NCBI GenBank assembly: GCA_946223355.1
Contig: CAMIPB010000006.1
Location: 15,675 to 79,674, forward strand
Direction of reading: 5' to 3'
DNA length: 64,000 nt
From: an uncultured Corynebacterium sp.
GTDB lineage: Bacteria > Actinomycetota > Actinomycetes > Mycobacteriales > Mycobacteriaceae
Part shown: one piece after another, positions 58,537-64,000 of the stretch
How positions within the stretch are numbered: position 1 is the stretch's first letter
Layout: the number at the start of each line of letters is the position of its first letter
Position numbers and translations under genes: made by a program
The notes under the pieces: generated by a model
Databases searched by the model: none
Told to the model about the DNA's origin: nothing
What the model saw: only the letters and a program-made list of their open reading frames with translations

Positions 58537-60867
58537 ATGAATTTGACCCATACCGAAGCGACACAGCGCACCAATGCTGTGTCGCTTTCTTCCTATCACC
58601 TGCACTTTGATTTCACTGATGCGAAAACGTCACCTACGTTTCCGGTAACAACCACCATCAGGTTCCGCAGTTCTACTCCGGAAACCTTCCTGGATTACCT
58701 CGGGCCAAAGGTCACCTCAATGTCCATGGATGGTGAGCATATCGACGGCCGCATTATCCTCTCTGATCTGCCAGTAAACGAAGACATCGAGCTGGTCATT
58801 AAGTCTGAGTCTGAGTATTCCCGCACGGGCCAGGGCATGCACCGGTTTGTTGACTCCGCAGATGGGGAAACCTACCTCTACTCGCACTTGGAGCCGTCGG
58901 ATGCCCGACGCGTGTTCCCATGCTTTGACCAACCGGATCTAAAGGCAAAATTTTCCGTTGAGATGGACGTTCCGGAAGGATGGGTGCGCTTGAGCAACCG
59001 TCCACTAGGGGAGGAAACCGAACTCCTCTCGACGTACCTGACGTCGTTTGCAGCTGGCCCTTATGTAGGGGTTTTTGACCGCTGGCGCGACGTTGACTTG
59101 GGCGCATGGGCACGTAAGTCCATGGCGCAGTACGTGGATAAGGAGATCCTAGAAATCACCAAACAGGGCTTGGAGTTTTTCGACGCCGCCTATGGTTTCC
59201 CGTACCCGTGGGGCAAGTATGACTCAATCTTCGTGCCGGAATACAACCTAGGCGCAATGGAAAACCCAGGCCTGGTGACGTTTACGGAGAAGTACTTATT
59301 TCGCTCCAAGGCCACGCGTGCGCAGCGTGCTGCACGAGTAAATACCATTCTCCACGAAATGAGCCACATGTGGTTCGGTGACTTGGTCACCCCGAAGTGG
59401 TGGGATGACCTGTGGCTGAAGGAATCTTTCGCGGAATTTATGGGCGCGGATTCTTCGGTGGAAGCAACTGAGTACGAAGAGGCCTGGGTGAATTTTGCAG
59501 GCAACCGTAAAAACTGGGCCTATATGCAGGATCAGTTGCCCACCACGCACCCAATTAAAGCGGAGATTCCGGACGTGGACGCCGCACGCCAAAACTTCGA
59601 TGGCATCACCTATGCCAAGGGCGCGGCAGTGCTCAAGCAGCTGGTGCACTTCGTAGGCCGTGAAGAGTTCTACGCCGGCGCGCGGGACTACTTTAAAGCG
59701 CATGCGTTCTCCTCTGCCACCTTTGATGATTTGCTAGCTGCACTAAAGAATCACACAGATAGAGACCTGGATTCCTGGGCAGAATCCTGGCTGAAAACCA
59801 CCGGACCGGATACGCTCAGCGCACACGTAGACGGTGAAACACTTCGCATTGCTCCCACGCGACTTCCACACCGGATTGACGTAACGGTATATGACCAAGA
59901 CTTTTCCGCGCATACCTATGACGTGGATGTCCACGAAGCAGTAGAGATCGAGATTGCCCAGCCATCACTGATCGTGCTTAACGACAATGACCACACCTAC
60001 GCCAAGGTCACCTTCGATGAGACCTCGTTGAAAACCCTCAAAGAAAAAATCTCTGAGCTTCCGGCACTCACCCGCGCTGTGGTGTGGACTGGCCTGTGGA
60101 ACCAAACCCGCGATGGGGAGGTTCCTGCTGAGTTTTTCGTTGACACCGTGCTCAACCACGGCGGTAAAGAAACCAATGCAACGATTGCCACGCAAATCTT
60201 TGCCAACGCGCAATTCGCGGTACGTCACTACCTGTCCGAATCTGATTACGCAGACCGCGTATGGGAGCTGCTACGCGGTGCCGAGCCCGGCTCAGACATG
60301 CAGCTTATTCTTGCCCGCGCCGCAATTAGCGCTGGTGGCGAAGAGAATCTGCGCGCAATGCTGGCAGGAGAGTACTCCGGACTCGTGGTAGATACCGATC
60401 TGCGCTGGGGCATTCTTTCCCGCCTGGCCGCGCACGACGCGGTAGACATAGCGGAGCTGGATGCGGAACTGACGCTGGATAACACCCTGACCGGCAAGGC
60501 AGCGCATCTGGGCGCGGCCCACGCTTTCCCTAAGGCAGAAGTGAAAGCCCAGATCTTTGAGCAGGTACAGGTTCCGGGCAAGTACTCCAACGCGGAACTT
60601 GATTCCCTGTTGGCTGCGTTCAATGCTCCAGACAGCGCACACTTGCGCAAGCAATTTGTCGCACCGTTTTTCCAGGTAGTGGAAAAGATCTGGAGCGAGC
60701 ACCCCATTGAGATGGCCAACCGCATTGTCCGGGGGCTCTACCCTGAGACCCCAGAAACCGATGCGCTGACGAACAAGGTGTTGGAGCGGGAGATTCCATC
60801 CGCGCTGCGCCGCGTACTACTAGAAGAACAGGATCATCTGCGCAGGACACTGCGCGTGGCCAAATAA
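58537..60867 (+). CDS. pepN: Aminopeptidase N (M1 family metallopeptidase)
   Basis: GAMEN exopeptidase motif and zinc motif HEMSHMWFGD...E (HEXXH-18-E). Confidence 0.9.
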   Translation: MNLTHTEATQRTNAVSLSSYHLHFDFTDAKTSPTFPVTTTIRFRSSTPETFLDYLGPKVTSMSMDGEHIDGRIILSDLPVNEDIELVIKSESEYSRTGQGMHRFVDSADGETYLYSHLEPSDARRVFPCFDQPDLKAKFSVEMDVPEGWVRLSNRPLGEETELLSTYLTSFAAGPYVGVFDRWRDVDLGAWARKSMAQYVDKEILEITKQGLEFFDAAYGFPYPWGKYDSIFVPEYNLGAMENPGLVTFTEKYLFRSKATRAQRAARVNTILHEMSHMWFGDLVTPKWWDDLWLKESFAEFMGADSSVEATEYEEAWVNFAGNRKNWAYMQDQLPTTHPIKAEIPDVDAARQNFDGITYAKGAAVLKQLVHFVGREEFYAGARDYFKAHAFSSATFDDLLAALKNHTDRDLDSWAESWLKTTGPDTLSAHVDGETLRIAPTRLPHRIDVTVYDQDFSAHTYDVDVHEAVEIEIAQPSLIVLNDNDHTYAKVTFDETSLKTLKEKISELPALTRAVVWTGLWNQTRDGEVPAEFFVDTVLNHGGKETNATIATQIFANAQFAVRHYLSESDYADRVWELLRGAEPGSDMQLILARAAISAGGEENLRAMLAGEYSGLVVDTDLRWGILSRLAAHDAVDIAELDAELTLDNTLTGKAAHLGAAHAFPKAEVKAQIFEQVQVPGKYSNAELDSLLAAFNAPDSAHLRKQFVAPFFQVVEKIWSEHPIEMANRIVRGLYPETPETDALTNKVLEREIPSALRRVLLEEQDHLRRTLRVAK

Positions 60868-60945
60868 AGTTCACCACGTCCCGCTGGAAAAGACACGCAG
60901 GCTCTAGTCAAATGAGTCCCGTAGCCACTTTTCCGGGGGGACTTG

Positions 60946-61476
60946 ATGAATACAGAAGACCAGGCATTAGTAGATCAATTTCTAGAAGGGGATACCAAGG
61001 CGTTTAGCGCGATCGTCGATAAGCATCGCGGGCGCTTGACCAAAGTCGCACGCCGTTACGCGCAAGACGACAACGAGGTGCAAGACATTGTCCAAGATGC
61101 CTTGTTTAAGGCCTCCCGCAGGATGGATACCTTCCGTCATGAATCGACCCTCTCAACTTGGCTACATCGAATCGTCATGAACACTGGCTTTGACTACGTG
61201 GAAAAGTCCAAGCGCAATGAGGTGCTGACTTTTGACTCCATTGATGAAGAGCGCAACGCCAGCCTGAGCGTTGATCCGATGCCTACGGTGGAACACGCTC
61301 TGTATGTTGAGAAGGTGCTCGGTAAGCTCAGCGAGGACCACCGCCACGTTCTCATCTTGACGGAACTAGAAGGATATTCGGCTGTCGACGCAGCAAAAAT
61401 GCTGGGTGTGGCACCGGGGACCATAAAATCACGCAGGGCACGCGCTAAAGAGGCGTTGAAAACTGTGATTTCTTAA
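60946..61476 (+). CDS. ECF-subfamily RNA polymerase sigma-70 factor (SigM-like by position)
   Basis: Region 2 ([33 protein letters not shown]) and region 4 ([28 protein letters not shown]). ATG at 60946 preferred over TTG at 60943. Confidence 0.85.
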   Translation: MNTEDQALVDQFLEGDTKAFSAIVDKHRGRLTKVARRYAQDDNEVQDIVQDALFKASRRMDTFRHESTLSTWLHRIVMNTGFDYVEKSKRNEVLTFDSIDEERNASLSVDPMPTVEHALYVEKVLGKLSEDHRHVLILTELEGYSAVDAAKMLGVAPGTIKSRRARAKEALKTVIS

Positions 61477-61531
61477 GACCGGGGTAGACTTTGGGCATTG
61501 TAGAGAGTCCCCCTGTGTTTTAGGAGAAGTG

Positions 61532-62458
61532 ATGACCGTCCACGACGTAGCTATCGTCGGTTCCGGCCCAGCCGGCTACACCGCAGCGCTGTACGCAGCA
61601 CGCGCAGAGCTCAACCCCATCGTGTTCGAGGGTTTTGAATACGGCGGAGAACTCATGAACACCACCGAAGTTGAGAACTTCCCTGGTTTCCAGAAGGGCA
61701 TCATGGGCCCAGATCTCATGGAAGAAATGCGGGCCCAGGCAATCCGTTTTGGCGCTGACCTACGTATGGAAGAAGTAGATTCCATCGAGCTGGAAGGCGA
61801 TGTTAAAAAGCTGCACGTAGGCGATGAAGTCTTCGAAGCGCGCACCGTAATCCTCGCCACCGGCGCGGCTCCTCGCCACCTAGGGATCCCGGGCGAGTCT
61901 GAGCTCACCGGCCGTGGCGTATCTACCTGCGCTACGTGCGACGGGTTCTTCTTCAAAGATCACCACATCGCCGTAGTTGGCGGCGGCGACTCTGCGATGG
62001 AAGAGGCAACCTTCCTCACCAAGTTCGCGGAGACCGTGACTATTATTCACCGCTCGGAGAACTTCCGCGCGTCCAAGATCATGCTTGAGCGCGCACAGCA
62101 GAACGAGAAGATCCGCTGGGAGCTCAATAAGACTGTTGAGCGCGTTATTGACGTTGACGGCAAGGTAGGCGGCCTGGAACTCAAGGATGCCGTTACCGGT
62201 GAGACCTCCAGCTTGGATGTCACCGCAATGTTCGTGGCAATTGGCCATGACCCACGCTCTGGCTTCTTAAATGGCCAGCTCAAGCTGAACGACGCCGGCT
62301 ACGTCGAGGTGGAGCAGCCTTCTACCCGCACCTCTATTCCAGGAGTGTTTGCATGCGGCGATCTAGTGGATGACCACTACCAACAAGCTATTACCGCGGC
62401 TGGTTCCGGCTGCCGCGCCGCAATCGACGCGGAACATTTCCTCGCAGATAATCGATAG
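61532..62458 (+). CDS. trxB: Thioredoxin-disulfide reductase
   Basis: [18 protein letters not shown] motif, redox-active CATCDG, and [15 protein letters not shown] motif. Confidence 0.93.
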   Translation: MTVHDVAIVGSGPAGYTAALYAARAELNPIVFEGFEYGGELMNTTEVENFPGFQKGIMGPDLMEEMRAQAIRFGADLRMEEVDSIELEGDVKKLHVGDEVFEARTVILATGAAPRHLGIPGESELTGRGVSTCATCDGFFFKDHHIAVVGGGDSAMEEATFLTKFAETVTIIHRSENFRASKIMLERAQQNEKIRWELNKTVERVIDVDGKVGGLELKDAVTGETSSLDVTAMFVAIGHDPRSGFLNGQLKLNDAGYVEVEQPSTRTSIPGVFACGDLVDDHYQQAITAAGSGCRAAIDAEHFLADNR

Positions 62459-62465
62459 GACAATC

Positions 62466-62789
62466 ATGAGCAATGTAGTAGATGTCACCACTGACACTTT
62501 CCGCAGCGTAGTAACCGATTCCGACAAAGTAGTTGTCGTAGACTTTTGGGCACCATGGTGTGGCCCGTGTAAGAAACTGTCCCCGCTATTAGAAGAGATC
62601 GCCGGCGAACTCGGTGATGACGTGACAATTGCCAAGGTCAACGTGGATAACGAACGCACATTGGGCGCGATGTTCCAGATCATGTCCATTCCTACTGTGG
62701 CCATTTTTAAGGGCGGCAAGAAGGTTTCTGAATTTGTTGGACTTCGTTCCAAAACCGATATCATTTCAGAAATTCAGAAGCATAGTTAG
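62466..62789 (+). CDS. trxA: Thioredoxin
   Basis: WCGPC active site. Start is the ATG at 62466; the track ORF from 62370 over-extends into trxB. Confidence 0.93.
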   Translation: MSNVVDVTTDTFRSVVTDSDKVVVVDFWAPWCGPCKKLSPLLEEIAGELGDDVTIAKVNVDNERTLGAMFQIMSIPTVAIFKGGKKVSEFVGLRSKTDIISEIQKHS

Positions 62790-62833
62790 CTGCTAATGTG
62801 GTCAGTGTTAACCATCAGTACCGGAGGAGTACA

Positions 62834-64000
62834 GTGAGTCGGATTCTTCGCATCGGTGACTCCAGCGCACGCGTCGCTGAAGCTCGTTCGACCCTTGCCC
62901 GCATCGGAATGTTGCAGGACTACCAGGGGGAAGTTTCTGATTGGAAACAGCAGAAATTCAGTGAGGAAGATAAGCTTTTTGACGCCCCATTGGCGGAAGT
63001 AATCAAAGCTTTCCAGCAATCACGTGGCGTCGTGCCCACCGGCAACATTGATGAGCTGACCTTGCGCGAGCTACGCCACGCCTCCTACAAACTAGGCGCA
63101 CGCGTGTTGTCCTACCAGCCGCACAACGAGCTTGTGGGAGATGACATCGCGCAGCTACAAACGCAGCTTCACGAGCTGGGTTTCTATTCCACCCGAATCG
63201 ATGGACGCTTTGGCAAACATACACACAAAGCGGTAACTAATTACCAGCTGAATTCAGGACTAAATACAGACGGTATATGTGGCCCGAACACGATTCGAGC
63301 ATTGTCACTGCTGGGGCGTCGTATTACTGGTGGTTCTGCACAAGCAATCCACGAGCGCGAGCGCGTACGTTCAGCCGGACCAATGCTGGCTGGCAAGCGC
63401 GTGGTCATTGACCCGGCCCTGGGTGGCTCAAATAAAGGCTTAGTGGTTAAGGGCCGCTTCGGCGATATTTCCGAAGAGGAAATCCTGTGGGATCTTGCAA
63501 CCCGTGTGGAAGGACGCATGATTGCGGCGGGTATGGAAACCATATTTTCCCGTCCACGCATGGATGATCCAAGCATGAAACAACGCGCGGAAATCGCTAA
63601 TGCTTTTGACGCAGACCTGGTGATTTCTCTTGCGTGTGATTCTTATAAAAATGAGAAAGCCAACGGCGTTGCTACCTTCTACTTCGGTTCGGAGCAAGGT
63701 GCTTCCTCCATGATTGGTGAAACACTCTCTGGTTTTATTCAGCGAGAAATCGTGGCTCGCACCGCGCTGACCAACTGCCACAACCATGGCCGAACGTGGG
63801 AGATCCTTCGCCTCACCAAAATGCCAGTGGTCCAATTGTTTGCGGGCTACTTGACCAACCCGTCTGACGTGGAATTGTTGACGACTCCGTCGGTCCGCGA
63901 TGAAATTGCTGAGGCGGTGGTAGTTGCTGTCAAGCGCTTATACCTGCTGGATCAAGACACGTTCCAGACAGGAACCTACGCTTTCGCGGACCTGTTGAAG
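62834..64000 (+). CDS. cwlM: N-acetylmuramoyl-L-alanine amidase CwlM-like (two PG-binding domains + Amidase_3), 5' part; continues beyond the window
   Basis: GTG start behind GGAGG. Two PG_binding_1-like repeats (LRELRHA..., ...AVTNYQLNSGLNTDGICGPNT) are followed by the Amidase_3 core (GKRVVIDPALGGSNKG...DLVISLACDS). The frame is open to position 64000. Confidence 0.8.
   Translation, partial: MSRILRIGDSSARVAEARSTLARIGMLQDYQGEVSDWKQQKFSEEDKLFDAPLAEVIKAFQQSRGVVPTGNIDELTLRELRHASYKLGARVLSYQPHNELVGDDIAQLQTQLHELGFYSTRIDGRFGKHTHKAVTNYQLNSGLNTDGICGPNTIRALSLLGRRITGGSAQAIHERERVRSAGPMLAGKRVVIDPALGGSNKGLVVKGRFGDISEEEILWDLATRVEGRMIAAGMETIFSRPRMDDPSMKQRAEIANAFDADLVISLACDSYKNEKANGVATFYFGSEQGASSMIGETLSGFIQREIVARTALTNCHNHGRTWEILRLTKMPVVQLFAGYLTNPSDVELLTTPSVRDEIAEAVVVAVKRLYLLDQDTFQTGTYAFADLLK

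Overview
This 64 kb window is a high-GC actinobacterial chromosome segment with Corynebacterium/Mycobacterium-like gene order (cca/pcnA–NUDIX mutT–secreted protein–MurJ-pseudokinase mviN–ECF sigma–trxB–trxA–cwlM at the 3' end). The ORF track calls GTG/TTG starts as M, so several listed starts are over-extended and were corrected. Read left to right, the window contains:
- partial Nnr dehydratase;
- an ABC ATPase/FtsX permease module with an adjacent NarL-type two-component system;
- a flavin oxidoreductase and a VanZ protein;
- a decayed phenylacetate (paa) cluster: only paaI and paaZ are intact, with a paaH 3' remnant fused to an MFS transporter remnant;
- an AT-rich island carrying a tandem-YbjN protein and an IS3-like HTH remnant, immediately followed by a complete type II-C CRISPR-Cas locus:
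  - a 46-repeat array at 11485..14403 with 36-nt repeats and 28–29-nt spacers;
  - cas2, cas1 and cas9 on the minus strand;
  - a previously unannotated tracrRNA candidate (anti-repeat, nexus, terminator) just upstream of cas9;
- leuS and a YefM/YoeB toxin–antitoxin pair;
- a MOSC protein, a membrane protein and two aldehyde dehydrogenase paralogs flanking a low-GC islet that holds an Abi2/HEPN abortive-infection-like gene, a small ORF and an AAA+ (DUF4143) ATPase preceded by five palindromic ACCAA-N3-TTGGT sites;
- a complete homoprotocatechuate (hpa) meta-cleavage cluster (SSADH, hpaI, hpaH, hpaD, hpaE, a GntR regulator, an FAH–RraA fusion, an MFS transporter and a PheA/TfdB-type hydroxylase);
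- the trp operon with a newly recognised leader peptide (MGMNLNNWWLAA) and attenuator, and with no trpG;
- transporters, a Tat-Rieske lipoprotein, an HNH/DUF222 gene, cca, a NUDIX hydrolase, MurJ-pseudokinase, YceI, PepN, sigM-like, trxB, trxA and partial cwlM.

The most interesting signals are the fine structure of the CRISPR locus (tracrRNA, repeat-embedded extended -10 promoters, internal spacer duplications), the HEPN/ATPase islet with its operator array, and the decay scars of catabolic clusters.
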